IMG/VR virus record: IMGVR_UViG_3300031088_000008
Coordinates: 160,001 to 224,000 of that record
From: a virus
Taxonomy: Duplodnaviria; Caudoviricetes
Strand: one strand, 5' to 3'
Length of the DNA stretch: 64,000 nucleotides
Part shown: positions 8,528-17,425 of the stretch, piece by piece
Layout of the letters: each line of letters starts with the position of its first letter
How positions within the stretch are numbered: position 1 is the first letter of the stretch
Program-made: the position numbers and the translations under genes
The notes under the pieces: generated by a model
The model's input: the letters and a program-made list of their open reading frames with translations, nothing else
What the model was told of the DNA's origin: nothing
Database searches by the model: none

Positions 8528-9174
8528 TACTTGGCGTTTCCCTGTCCCATGATCTTGATGTCGTCGCAGACGCCAAGGTCCTTGGCTTCCTGAGCACTCA
8601 ACCAGATATCATGTGGCGGCAAAAGCTTCTGCTCAATCTGCGCCTTGGTAAGTCCGGTGTGCTTGATGTAGTGGTTCATCATCCGCGTCTGCGTGAGCTC
8701 GTATTCACGAACCGTTGCAAAGAGCTCATGTGCCTTGCCTGCATCACCCCAAGACCACTGGTGGCTTAGAATGGAAGTGTTGGGCGTCAAGATCCTGTGA
8801 CCCTTGGCACCAGCAATGAACGTTAGGAAGCCGCAGCTACCAATCATTCCCAGACCAACGGTATGAACGGGGATGGCGCTTCCCTCCATTGCGTCGATGA
8901 TCGCGAAGGCGCTGTTGACTTCACCACCAGGGCTGTTGATGATCAGCGTCAGATGATCGAAATCATTCTTGGGAGCAAAGTTGGCCTCGAGGATCCACGT
9001 AACAATCTTGCTGGCGCTTTCGCTGTTGAAGCCACCGCTGAGAAAGTACATTCCCTTGTCGCGCAAGGTTGGAACTGGGTTGACTGGAACCGTGGCCATA
9101 ACTGTAGTGGACTCGGGAGTGGACTCAACTTTGATTTCCGCCACGCCCTTCTCCATACCAGATTTTTTACTCAT
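8527..9174 (-). CDS. clpP: ClpP-like ATP-dependent protease proteolytic subunit
   Basis: INSPGG, GSCG (Ser), SHQ (His), HDIWLSAQEA..LGVCD. Confidence 0.9.
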   Translation of the reverse strand: MSKKSGMEKGVAEIKVESTPESTTVMATVPVNPVPTLRDKGMYFLSGGFNSESASKIVTWILEANFAPKNDFDHLTLIINSPGGEVNSAFAIIDAMEGSAIPVHTVGLGMIGSCGFLTFIAGAKGHRILTPNTSILSHQWSWGDAGKAHELFATVREYELTQTRMMNHYIKHTGLTKAQIEQKLLPPHDIWLSAQEAKDLGVCDDIKIMGQGNAK

Positions 9175-9273
9175 ATGAACTCCCTATTTGGTCTTCTCTC
9201 TTTATACGGGAAAATGCTCTGAATTGTCAGTATTCAATTGATCCCAGGATTTCCACTCTGCTAGAGGAGTGGT

Positions 9274-9639
9274 ATGAAACATAACGTGATGATTATCCAG
9301 AGCAGAACAACCGGACGCTTTCTACTCCGGCAAGAGAACAACTCGTGGGGCTTTCCCAGCAATATGCTAAACGATTATGAGAAACCAATCGTCTATCTGG
9401 CTATGGATGATTGCGGAACTGCCTTGGGGCAAGATGTGCAGGACAACGAGTGGGTGTTGGATTATATCGAGGATCCAGTCCATCAGATATTCCACGTGTG
9501 GGTCTCTGATGAGCCCATAGGTCAGGGAAGCTACGCCTGGCATTCGCTGTTCGACTTTCCCGAGGCCAGCGACTCCATGGTTGCCTACATGGTAAAGAAT
9601 AAAGAGTTTCTTGAGCGATCTTTGTGCCCGCAATGTTGA
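9274..9639 (+). CDS. hypothetical protein, possibly degenerate NUDIX fold
   Basis: TGRFLL...WGFPS resembles a Nudix N-terminus but lacks the Nudix box. Confidence 0.55.
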   Translation: MKHNVMIIQSRTTGRFLLRQENNSWGFPSNMLNDYEKPIVYLAMDDCGTALGQDVQDNEWVLDYIEDPVHQIFHVWVSDEPIGQGSYAWHSLFDFPEASDSMVAYMVKNKEFLERSLCPQC

Positions 9640-9675
9640 CAACGGTATAGTTCTCTCTTATAAGTAGAGAACAAC

Positions 9676-9757
9676 GCGCTTGTGGTGGAATTGGTAGACG
9701 CGCCAGGTTTAGGTCCTGGTATCGCAAGGTGTGGGGGTTCGAGTCCCTCCAGGCGCA
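9676..9757 (+). tRNA. tRNA-Leu (anticodon UAG)
   Basis: acceptor GCGCTTG/CAGGCGC, anticodon arm CCAGG-TTTAGGT-CCTGG, long variable arm, GTTCGAG T-loop; followed by CAA, not CCA. Confidence 0.93.
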
Positions 9758-9762
9758 CAAAT

Positions 9763-9839
9763 GCCCCGGTAGCTCAGCCGGATAGAGTAGCGGTTTCCTA
9801 AACCGACGGTCAGGGGTTCGAATCCCTTCCGGGGCACCA
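9763..9839 (+). tRNA. tRNA-Arg (anticodon CCU)
   Basis: acceptor GCCCCGG/CCGGGGC, loop TTCCTAA, GTTCGAA, encoded CCA. Confidence 0.93.
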
Positions 9840-9879
9840 ACGCTTGAGGAGAATGTCATGTTATAGATCGATCTAGGAC

Positions 9880-10686
9880 ATGATGATGAAATTCAAACTT
9901 CCCAAAATTACGCACCATCGTAATCCCGCAGATCGTACCTTCATTGAGAAGATCGCTCGGCGGTTTATCCTACCTCCCCACGGACCCTTTAGCCTTCCCA
10001 TTGGACAGTGGGGCGTTCGTGATGACCGACTGAAGAGCAGCTTTCCTTGGCGCTTCTTCATCTGGGACACCGTTCCCATCTGGTGGAGTCATAACTTCAC
10101 TCAGCGCAAAAAGAATGTCCGCAACTGGATTCGTTTCCGCACTTGGGATCGCTACGATGTCCTGAAGATGGAAATCAGCAAGGACTACCACGACCCCGAT
10201 TACATCCTCCTGCATGCCAACTTTCAGATCCTCAAGGACTTTGTGGAGATTGAACTGGCGGCAATGAACGATGCAACGTCCGAGGATGAACCCGAAACCG
10301 ATGACATCTCCAGCTTTCTTGGAAACTTTGGCAAAAAGTTTCGGCGCTATAAGAGAAAGCGCATCCGTAATCCTAGCTCTGGTCTCAAGCATCTTGACTG
10401 GGAAATTGCTGAAACCTCGGGTACTCAGACAGCATCCGCTCAAGAGAAAAAGCTTCTCTATCTCTGGTGGACTCAAGTCCGTCCAACTCGGGCCGACCCA
10501 TACGAGCACCCACTGTTCAACGAGCCTCAGGACCTCAGTGAAGATCAAAGCTTTGCGGCAATCTTCAATCGACCACACAACAAGGAGCTCGCAGAAGCGC
10601 GTAGCAAACTTGAGGCTTTCTACGAGGAAGAAGACGAAGAAATGCTGATCCGTTTGATCAAGGTTCGTCGCAGTCTGTGGACATAA
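9880..10686 (+). CDS. hypothetical phage protein
   Basis: 268 aa ORF with SD AGGA. Confidence 0.75.
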   Translation: MMMKFKLPKITHHRNPADRTFIEKIARRFILPPHGPFSLPIGQWGVRDDRLKSSFPWRFFIWDTVPIWWSHNFTQRKKNVRNWIRFRTWDRYDVLKMEISKDYHDPDYILLHANFQILKDFVEIELAAMNDATSEDEPETDDISSFLGNFGKKFRRYKRKRIRNPSSGLKHLDWEIAETSGTQTASAQEKKLLYLWWTQVRPTRADPYEHPLFNEPQDLSEDQSFAAIFNRPHNKELAEARSKLEAFYEEEDEEMLIRLIKVRRSLWT

Positions 10687-10715
10687 AAGTTATTGCAAAA
10701 CGCACTGGCTCTGCG

Positions 10716-10723
10716 TATAAATA
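10716..10723 (+). promoter_or_regulatory. T4-like late promoter
   Basis: TATAAATA 9 nt upstream of tRNA-Pro. Confidence 0.65.
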
Positions 10724-10732
10724 GAGCTGCAA

Positions 10733-10809
10733 CGGGGATTAGCGCAGCCTGGTAGCGCACCTGCTTTGGGAGCAGGGGGTCGTAGGTTCGAATCCTACAT
10801 TCCCGACCA
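10733..10809 (+). tRNA. tRNA-Pro (anticodon UGG)
   Basis: CGGGGAT acceptor, CCTGC-TTTGGGA-GCAGG, GTTCGAA, encoded CCA. Confidence 0.95.
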
Positions 10810-10811
10810 CA

Positions 10812-10841
10812 AAAAGGCAGAGTAGAAATACTCTGCCTTTT
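10812..10841. terminator. bidirectional intrinsic terminator
   Basis: AAAAGGCAGAGTA-gaaa-TACTCTGCCTTTT. Confidence 0.85.
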
Positions 10842-10899
10842 CTGTTGACAGACTGGTTTCTATGCTGCAAAGCAGCATGGCAAACAAAGGAGATACAAG

Positions 10900-11139
10900 A
10901 TGAAGAAGATTCTGATCGCAGCCGCAATGCTCACCATGCCAACGGTTGCAATGGCCAACCCTGCTTCGAGCCTCTCGGTTCAGAACGCAACGCGTTCGTA
11001 TGCGACCACCCCGGTCGTCAAGAGCGAGAAGCGCAAGAGCCAGGTTGTTCCCGTCCTGATCGGCGCAGGCATCATCGCTGGTGTCACGTACCTGATCATC
11101 GATCACGAGAACGACAACGACCGTTCCGACAGCAACTAA
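10900..11139 (+). CDS. small secreted/membrane protein
   Basis: signal peptide MKKILIAAAMLTMPTVAMA, C-terminal TM helix and acidic tail; SD AAGGAG. Confidence 0.8.
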   Translation: MKKILIAAAMLTMPTVAMANPASSLSVQNATRSYATTPVVKSEKRKSQVVPVLIGAGIIAGVTYLIIDHENDNDRSDSN

Positions 11140-11146
11140 GGACTTG

Positions 11147-11172
11147 GGGTCAGTGGAAACACTGGCCCTTTT
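11147..11172 (+). terminator. intrinsic terminator
   Basis: GGGTCAGTG-gaaa-CACTGGCCC-TTTT. Confidence 0.8.
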
Positions 11173-11174
11173 CC

Positions 11175-11201
11175 TTGACTTCTTTCCAAGCTCTGCTAGG
11201 A
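11175..11201 (+). promoter_or_regulatory. sigma70-like promoter, near-leaderless
   Basis: TTGACT-N15-CTAGGA then 7 nt to ATG 11209; same layout at 34793 and 37186. Confidence 0.55.
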
Positions 11202-11208
11202 CCCTGGC

Positions 11209-11520
11209 ATGGAGTACAAAGAGATAGATGGAGACCACGTCGTCTATTTGACGAAAGAGGAAACCGACGAGCTCTTTGATCCTTTTGATCCCACGGATGA
11301 GAATCTTCCCTCATACCTTCACCACGCAAGGCACCGCTTTATCACGCAGGAAGCCTACGATTGGTTGGAAACAAGTGTGGGTGAGCCCAAGATTCACTGG
11401 CAATCATTCAGCATGGGCAAAGACAAGCGCGGGTTCCAATTCGAGACCCGCGACAAAGCAATGCTGTTCAAGTTGAGATTTCATCAAGGAGAAGACAATG
11501 GGACTGTGGACGTTACTTGA
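11209..11520 (+). CDS. FKLxW-family small protein
   Basis: FETRDKAMLFKLRF. Confidence 0.8.
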   Translation: MEYKEIDGDHVVYLTKEETDELFDPFDPTDENLPSYLHHARHRFITQEAYDWLETSVGEPKIHWQSFSMGKDKRGFQFETRDKAMLFKLRFHQGEDNGTVDVT

Positions 11521-11899
11521 GATCTACCAGGTCGATGACTTGGCAATCAAGGATCTCGATCAGCTCAACACCAAGCTGATGGACAGCACGGAGATCGGTG
11601 AGCTCTATGCTGATGAGTGCCAGCACGAAGCTGACTGGAATGGCCCGCTTCAGCTGGGACCCAACGGTGAACTTCAAATCTACAACCGCTCGGACGGCGG
11701 CTGTGAGGGCTACGACCAGAATACCAATATCTGGGGCTGCTATGGCAAGCAGTTGTTCCAGGCAATCTCGGACGCCATGGTCAGCGGAAAGCTGGTCTTT
11801 CGCATCAACTGCGAAAACGACGAGTACAATGCCTATTACATCCTGGAGCCGGGCACCTTCAAGGAAGTCAGCGAATCCTCGATGAAGCCCACTTTCTAA
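11498..11899 (+). CDS. hypothetical protein
   Basis: 133 aa acidic ORF, SD AAGGAG. Confidence 0.75.
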   Translation: MGLWTLLEIYQVDDLAIKDLDQLNTKLMDSTEIGELYADECQHEADWNGPLQLGPNGELQIYNRSDGGCEGYDQNTNIWGCYGKQLFQAISDAMVSGKLVFRINCENDEYNAYYILEPGTFKEVSESSMKPTF

Positions 11900-12643
11900 T
11901 TACAGTCGGAACAAGGCCACGTCTTCGCTCAACACATTGCTGAGCAGGACGTGGTTTTGTAGATGCTCCACCACCCATAGATCGCCCAGTAGAGCTTTCA
12001 AGCGGCTGACATTGTGTTGTGCTGCTTCATCAAGCCTTAGCCCCTGAGAGAGCACCGCATTGCGTTCCTGAAGCAAATCAAATGCTCCCAGGTCCACAAG
12101 GTTCATCTCAAAAGTTGCCACTGGTCCCTGGAAGCTAACACGCTTTCCCTCAACGACCAGATTCTCCAGATCGCTGTTCCGGAAAAACTCCGTTAGGCTC
12201 TCATCAACTGAGTCTTCGGATTCTTCTTCGTGGTCTTCCTTGCTGTGAAGGCGAACCGCAGTCGCGAGATATTCCTCGGTTACTTCCTGCTCTTCTTCGC
12301 TTCCATAGACCAACACGGTCCAGCTTTCAATACCGGTGAGTCCCTGCAGGCTGTCCGTTATGTCAATGACCTTCTTGGGAAACTCCTCATCGCGAAGAAG
12401 CTCAACAAAGACCATATAGTAGCCATCTTCGTTTGGTGCCGGGCTGACGTCGGTATCCAGCAGGGCGGTGGGGCCCTTTTGGATAAAGCGATTCAGGTCA
12501 CCCGCTGGTTCGCGGTCTTGAACGTAGAATGCAACCACGATGCTGTCATCGTCCAGCTTGCTTTCATATTCATCAATGGAGATCTGAGAAAGCACGAGCT
12601 CCTCAAGATCACCCTCTTTGAGTCCTTCGAACAGATTAGCCAT
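11900..12643 (-). CDS. hypothetical phage protein (acidic, late operon)
   Basis: 247 aa, TAATG overlap with the upstream gene. Confidence 0.8.
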   Translation of the reverse strand: MANLFEGLKEGDLEELVLSQISIDEYESKLDDDSIVVAFYVQDREPAGDLNRFIQKGPTALLDTDVSPAPNEDGYYMVFVELLRDEEFPKKVIDITDSLQGLTGIESWTVLVYGSEEEQEVTEEYLATAVRLHSKEDHEEESEDSVDESLTEFFRNSDLENLVVEGKRVSFQGPVATFEMNLVDLGAFDLLQERNAVLSQGLRLDEAAQHNVSRLKALLGDLWVVEHLQNHVLLSNVLSEDVALFRL

Positions 12644-13203
12644 TATAGACCTCCGGTGTCTTCATCGGACTCTTCATCTTCGCCATCGGTGAGCTCTGCG
12701 TCGCCCTCCTTGGTAAATGCAGCTTCCTGATCAATGTCTTCGTCACGGGCATCCGAGACATCCTCAACGTCAACGAGTTCATCGTCCACGTGCATTTCCA
12801 GATCGCTGTCGTCGAGTTCCTCGATAAAGCGGCGGGGAATCTGAACGTCCACAAGCCAGATGTCCTTTTGGATCATCTTGGGCTTGTTGGCGGCCGTAAA
12901 GTCCTCGGGACCCTTGGCTTCCGCGGGCTGCTCATTCTTGGCCTTGCGGTATTCAACCTTTGCACCATGACGAATAAGACGCTCTGCTCCCGCTGGATCA
13001 GGCATCTCCTCGTACTCATACTTGAGTGTCATCGAGACCCAGTAGCGGCGAATCTCTGGGCCCTGGACGATCTCGCCCTCAAACCAATTCTTAAAAACGT
13101 AGAGGTCCAGAGAGTCCATAAAGTCCTCCATCTGGATCATGACGTCAGTGAGACTTTCCGAATCACTCAGTCGCTTGAATAGTTGTGGATTAGCTTCTGG
13201 CAT
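12643..13203 (-). CDS. hypothetical phage protein (acidic tail, late operon)
   Basis: 186 aa, SD AGGAGG, TAAATA upstream. Confidence 0.8.
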   Translation of the reverse strand: MPEANPQLFKRLSDSESLTDVMIQMEDFMDSLDLYVFKNWFEGEIVQGPEIRRYWVSMTLKYEYEEMPDPAGAERLIRHGAKVEYRKAKNEQPAEAKGPEDFTAANKPKMIQKDIWLVDVQIPRRFIEELDDSDLEMHVDDELVDVEDVSDARDEDIDQEAAFTKEGDAELTDGEDEESDEDTGGL

Positions 13204-13222
13204 GAAATCCTCCTAGTTCTGG

Positions 13223-13244
13223 TATTTACCGTTTGGTATAAATA
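13223..13244. promoter_or_regulatory. divergent pair of late promoters
   Basis: TAAATA on minus (13223-13228) and TATAAATA on plus (13237-13244). Confidence 0.65.
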
Positions 13245-13277
13245 CCCAATGGTATGACCCAGCAGTGGAGAACTGAC

Positions 13278-13412
13278 ATGCGACTTTGGGAACTATTGGA
13301 TACAAAGACCGCAGACGCCAAGAAGTCTCTTGGTGAAAGCACCAAAAGACCACTCGACGTTAGGGCAATCGAAAGCCGACTTCTCGTGAAGGCTCCAGTT
13401 AAAGATCGTTAA
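13278..13412 (+). CDS. small late protein (44 aa), not in the ORF track
   Basis: MRLWELLDTKTADAKKSLGESTKRPLDVRAIESRLLVKAPVKDR; SD GGAG and late promoter upstream. Confidence 0.55.
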   Translation: MRLWELLDTKTADAKKSLGESTKRPLDVRAIESRLLVKAPVKDR

Positions 13413-14112
13413 ACGGAGTCTTCACTGGCTTACGGATGAAGCCACCACTGGAATGCTGATCTAGCATCAGGACAACCTCGTTGATATCCTCGATTGAGAA
13501 GTCCGCAAACTTATCCCAATTAAAGTAGATGACCGCGCCATCCGAGCGGTCCACTGCCGCGACTCCGCGACGCACCATTTCCTCGATGAACTCCCGATCA
13601 CGATCGGTCATGTTCTTCAGCGAGCCATTTCGCTCCAGCATGGTTGCCACGCTTTTGCCGATCCGAGTCCAGCGCGTCCGGATGGTGTCCCGAACAGCCG
13701 TCCAGCTCTTGCTCAGGCTCTTGACGCGCTCATCATAGGCTTTCTTTTTGCCCTGATAGACGCGGTCGCGCTTCATCTTGTCTTCAGCTTGCTTTTGCTC
13801 GTGATCACGAACCTTCTGAAGACCTTCCGCGCAAGTCAGCTTGGCGATCATCAGAAACTTCCGGTAAGCATCCTGAAGCATCACGTTGTTGGGAAGCTCT
13901 CGAATGGCTTCCTGCTGGAGAGTGTTGAACTCAAACCCCCGGAGGCCAAACATTGCGGCGGTCCGGTCCATGGGGTGAGTGGGCCAGGACCAGGGTGCTG
14001 GCTCCGGCTGGGACATTTCTCCGATCTTCTGCTCCAGGGGCTGGCCCCCAAAGCGTAGACGTCCTGCCACCTCTGCCAAGACGTCGTTGCTTAAAAAGGG
14101 CTCTCGCTCCAT
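13399..14112 (-). CDS. hypothetical protein
   Basis: 237 aa, coupled to the upstream ORF. Confidence 0.75.
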   Translation of the reverse strand: MEREPFLSNDVLAEVAGRLRFGGQPLEQKIGEMSQPEPAPWSWPTHPMDRTAAMFGLRGFEFNTLQQEAIRELPNNVMLQDAYRKFLMIAKLTCAEGLQKVRDHEQKQAEDKMKRDRVYQGKKKAYDERVKSLSKSWTAVRDTIRTRWTRIGKSVATMLERNGSLKNMTDRDREFIEEMVRRGVAAVDRSDGAVIYFNWDKFADFSIEDINEVVLMLDQHSSGGFIRKPVKTPFNDL

Positions 14113-14645
14113 TACCGCATCATCCCCGCGCTCAAACTTGCGTCCTTGTCCTCGACGAAAAAGTCGCCGATCCTCTTGGCCTTGAGCTTGAAGTACACGA
14201 CCTCATTCCGCAGCTCACGAAAGCGTTCGTCGGCGTTGCCCACGATCCAGTCGGCGTGCTGAACGGAGAACTTGCCCTTGTTCATCAGATCGCGGTAGAA
14301 ATCGAAGGTTGCCTGGACGGCTTCCTCGTTGGTCTCGGAGTTCCAGAACCAACCAATTTCCAGTGCAGCGAGAGCCTGCTGGCCCAGCGGCGTCAGCTTC
14401 TTCCGTACGATGTGGAACTCACCCTCGAGAGCCGGCTCATCCAACTCCATGAAGTGGATGAAGTTGCGCCGACCGGCGTTCTCCATATTGTAATAGTCCC
14501 ACGCCAGCGTCTTCAGGTCGTCGCCGTCCTGATAGAGCGGGCCCAGGGCCTCGGGACTGACTGTAACATCCTCACCGCCAGCGGCAAGTTTCTTCAGTCG
14601 CTTATGTTGAACGCCCGATGGCGTGAAGATTGCTGTGTTGCTCAT
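14112..14645 (-). CDS. hypothetical protein
   Basis: ORF from MSNTAIF; start may be 14684. Confidence 0.75.
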   Translation of the reverse strand: MSNTAIFTPSGVQHKRLKKLAAGGEDVTVSPEALGPLYQDGDDLKTLAWDYYNMENAGRRNFIHFMELDEPALEGEFHIVRKKLTPLGQQALAALEIGWFWNSETNEEAVQATFDFYRDLMNKGKFSVQHADWIVGNADERFRELRNEVVYFKLKAKRIGDFFVEDKDASLSAGMMR

Positions 14646-14742
14646 ATGTTCTTTTGTACGAGGACAGAGCTGGTTGTCAACCAAAAGAATAGGCCCCTAG
14701 AGAGCAACCCCTGGGACCTATTCCTTTTAGCTTGTGGTATTC

Positions 14743-15543
14743 TTAGATGTTGCCGTTGAATCCCGTGTAGATACCCAGGAGTTCCTTGACAACAGGGTGA
14801 CGCTCAACGTCTCCGCGCTGGAACTTGATTACGTCAATGCAGGGGCTGGACTGAAAGCGACCCAAAAAGTCGGCAAGTCCGTTGTCGGATCCACGATCGC
14901 TCTGAGCGAGATCGCCCGTTACAACCATCTTGGAACCCTCACCAATACGTGTGAGAATCGAGAGAAGCGAATTAGGAGTTGTGCCCTGTGCCTCATCTAC
15001 CAGAATGTAGGCGTTCTTAAACGTGCGACCACGAATGAATGCGATTGGCACCATTTCAATGATGTTCTCTTCCAGCATTGCCTGAATCTCGGGCTGCGTG
15101 AAGTATTCACCAAAGACGTCCAGAACTGGCATCATCCATGGGGTCATCTTCTTCAAGATGTCGCCTGGCAAGTAACCAATGTCCTTGTCGTCGACTGCAA
15201 CGTTGGGGCGAGTGATAACAATCTTCTCAACCAGACCAGCCTTAAAGCACTTGATAGCGTGCATGGTGGCCAGAAGCGTCTTACCAGTACCAGCTGGACC
15301 AACGGCGAAAACCACATGCTTGTTGGGGTTCTCTAGGCTGGAAACCAAGTTTTCCTGTGCAAGATTGCGAGGAACGATGTCCACGCGCTGCTTCTTTGGC
15401 TTCTGAGGGAAGTTTAGCTCAATAACATTCGAGGTGCGATCCTGCTGATAGCGACCGCCACGGGCGCCAGGGGTTGGGCCGATGTTACGGTCTGCACGAG
15501 GATTGGGGCGGTTTGCACCCTTTGCACGATTCTGTTTAGCCAC
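14743..15543 (-). CDS. phoH: PhoH-like ATPase
   Basis: GPAGTGKT, IVITRP, IGYLPG, FIRGRTF, LVDEAQ, GDLAQSD, VERHPVV. Confidence 0.95.
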   Translation of the reverse strand: MAKQNRAKGANRPNPRADRNIGPTPGARGGRYQQDRTSNVIELNFPQKPKKQRVDIVPRNLAQENLVSSLENPNKHVVFAVGPAGTGKTLLATMHAIKCFKAGLVEKIVITRPNVAVDDKDIGYLPGDILKKMTPWMMPVLDVFGEYFTQPEIQAMLEENIIEMVPIAFIRGRTFKNAYILVDEAQGTTPNSLLSILTRIGEGSKMVVTGDLAQSDRGSDNGLADFLGRFQSSPCIDVIKFQRGDVERHPVVKELLGIYTGFNGNI

Positions 15544-15589
15544 TTTCGACCTCCAAAATGAGGGTTGGTGTTGTGGGGCTGCTCACAAG

Positions 15590-15595
15590 TATTTA
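15590..15595 (-). promoter_or_regulatory. late promoter core
   Basis: TAAATA upstream of phoH; same motif at 21807, 23227, 31407, 33586 and 33901 (minus strand). Confidence 0.55.
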
Positions 15596-15657
15596 AGTCT
15601 TGGAGAGTGGCTAAACAGTGTGTTTAATTGCCTGCTGGAAAACAGATAAGTAGGCGG

Positions 15658-16251
15658 TTATGGATCCTGGTGGATCCGCTCATAGATGTCATCCCAGCTA
15701 TCAACGCGCTGAACTCTTGGATCCTCGTGCATTTCATTATGCTTGTAGTTGATCAAGAAGCTGGTGTGGCCCACATCCACTCCTGCGCTGGCATGCTTCA
15801 TCTTGTCCTCTACCCAATAGGTTGGAACATAGCGAGCCAGGTGCTCCTTTTTGCTTTCAGCCAATCCCACACAATGCAGAGTGTCAAACACTCCCACGCC
15901 AAAGACCTCATTGAGGTTCTGCCAGCGACCATTGTATGTGGCCTGATCAGTGTCACAGGCCGTGATAGCCACAAAGTGGTAACCCTCACTGTGAAGCTTC
16001 TGAACATTGTCAACCACTCGGGGAAGTGGCTTGAAGAATGGCCAGTAGTCTGGGTTGCTGTTGAAGATCCTGATCAGCTCACGAGATTCCTCATAGGGGC
16101 AAGAGAGCCAACGCTCCACGTCCCAATAGTCCTTTAGGAGACCAGGAGCCTCGCAATGCTGAGGATAGTTGGCACGGACCCACGTTTCAAAAGGTCCTGC
16201 CCAATCGAACAGGACTTCATCACAATCCGTTAGGATGACCTTACTCTTCAT
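15658..16251 (-). CDS. HAD-superfamily deoxyribonucleotidase-like protein
   Basis: ILTDCDEVLFDW, AITA, WVEDK. Confidence 0.8.
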   Translation of the reverse strand: MKSKVILTDCDEVLFDWAGPFETWVRANYPQHCEAPGLLKDYWDVERWLSCPYEESRELIRIFNSNPDYWPFFKPLPRVVDNVQKLHSEGYHFVAITACDTDQATYNGRWQNLNEVFGVGVFDTLHCVGLAESKKEHLARYVPTYWVEDKMKHASAGVDVGHTSFLINYKHNEMHEDPRVQRVDSWDDIYERIHQDP

Positions 16252-16552
16252 CAACAAACCTCGGGCTCAGGCGAAGAGGAATGTAGATGTAATCTTCATC
16301 CTCAGCAAAGTTCACAGCAACGTCCACCCACAGCTCTAGGTCGCTGACACGATCGGGAGTATTGTTGCTTTCGTCGCAGACAACTGTGTAGTCGTATGCC
16401 TCGCTGGCCTCCAGGTGGTCGGTGAAGTCTTCTACGACCTTGGCACGAGTCTCCTCGTTATTCATATCCGACATGAATTCCAGCAAGATGGAAACCAATT
16501 CCATCTTGAGGACTTCCACCTTTTCCATTGTCTCTGGATTAATTTCCGTCAT
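16241..16552 (-). CDS. stand-alone tail-sheath C-terminal-like domain
   Basis: NNEETR...YDYTVVCDESNNTPDRVSDLELWVDVAV matches contractile sheath C-terminus. Confidence 0.7.
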   Translation of the reverse strand: MTEINPETMEKVEVLKMELVSILLEFMSDMNNEETRAKVVEDFTDHLEASEAYDYTVVCDESNNTPDRVSDLELWVDVAVNFAEDEDYIYIPLRLSPRFVDEE

Positions 16553-16931
16553 CTTCTTCTACCTTTCCTGCATTGTGGGCATCCACAAAGTTCTGAACCT
16601 TGGATAGATTTGCGCTGTCGGCGGCAATCCACTTTACCAGCGCGGCCTTGACGTCTTCAAAATACTTGGAGACGAACATGTTGAACAGCTTGGACTTTTC
16701 CTCATCACTGTCCACGTTCCTGCTCTTGAGAACCTTGCTCTCAAAGAGATCGAGGATCAGCTCTGCATTCTGTGTCTGCTTGTTGGTAACACGATCAACG
16801 ATGACCATGTTCTCAATTGGATCCCACTCTGCAGTGGCGCCAAAGCCTGGCGTGTTGCTCTTTTGTCCGGCAGCTAGAACGTAGCTGTAGGAAATGACCA
16901 TAAAGGGTCGGCCGCTCAAGTATTTGCTCAT
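16539..16931 (-). CDS. hypothetical protein
   Basis: 130 aa, ATGA overlap. Confidence 0.75.
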   Translation of the reverse strand: MSKYLSGRPFMVISYSYVLAAGQKSNTPGFGATAEWDPIENMVIVDRVTNKQTQNAELILDLFESKVLKSRNVDSDEEKSKLFNMFVSKYFEDVKAALVKWIAADSANLSKVQNFVDAHNAGKVEEDDGN

Positions 16932-17425
16932 TTGTTTTCCTCAAAGATCTCGTAGGGAATTTCAACGACTTCCACGCCGGCTTCACGAAAGCGAGCCTTG
17001 CTGTCTTCGAGAATTGCAGCCCAACGATCCTGCTTGTCCGGTGGACAACTTGGTGCCACTACCCTGGTGATTCCAGCCTGAATCATGTGCATGGCGCACC
17101 GATCACAGGAAAAGAATGGCCAGGTGTAGAGTGTGTCACCGCGCACGGTTGTGTGGGCACTCAAGACGGCATTCATCTCACAATGGACGATGTAGCTGTA
17201 CTTGACTTCACGATCCTCATAGCGATCGGGAGTGTCCTGGATTCCACGTGGAAATCCATTATAGCCCACGCTGGCAACGCTGTTGTCGGGACGAACAACT
17301 ACTGCGCCAGTCTGCGTGCTGGGGTCCTTGCTCCAGCTGGCAACCAGACGTGCCATCTCTAGATAGCGAATGTCCCATTTGGTGGTGCCGTTCATGGCAT
17401 CAATGGCCGTTTGTAGATCACTCAT
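16928..17425 (-). CDS. dCMP deaminase
   Basis: SKDPSTQTGA, GYNGFPRG, HCEMNA, FSCDRC. Confidence 0.93.
   Translation of the reverse strand: MSDLQTAIDAMNGTTKWDIRYLEMARLVASWSKDPSTQTGAVVVRPDNSVASVGYNGFPRGIQDTPDRYEDREVKYSYIVHCEMNAVLSAHTTVRGDTLYTWPFFSCDRCAMHMIQAGITRVVAPSCPPDKQDRWAAILEDSKARFREAGVEVVEIPYEIFEENK

Noticed and set aside
13953-15336. Long plus-strand ORFs 13953-14759 and 14734-15336 (also 4792-5532 and 54703-55521)
   Set aside because: Antisense shadows of well-supported genes with no recognisable motifs.
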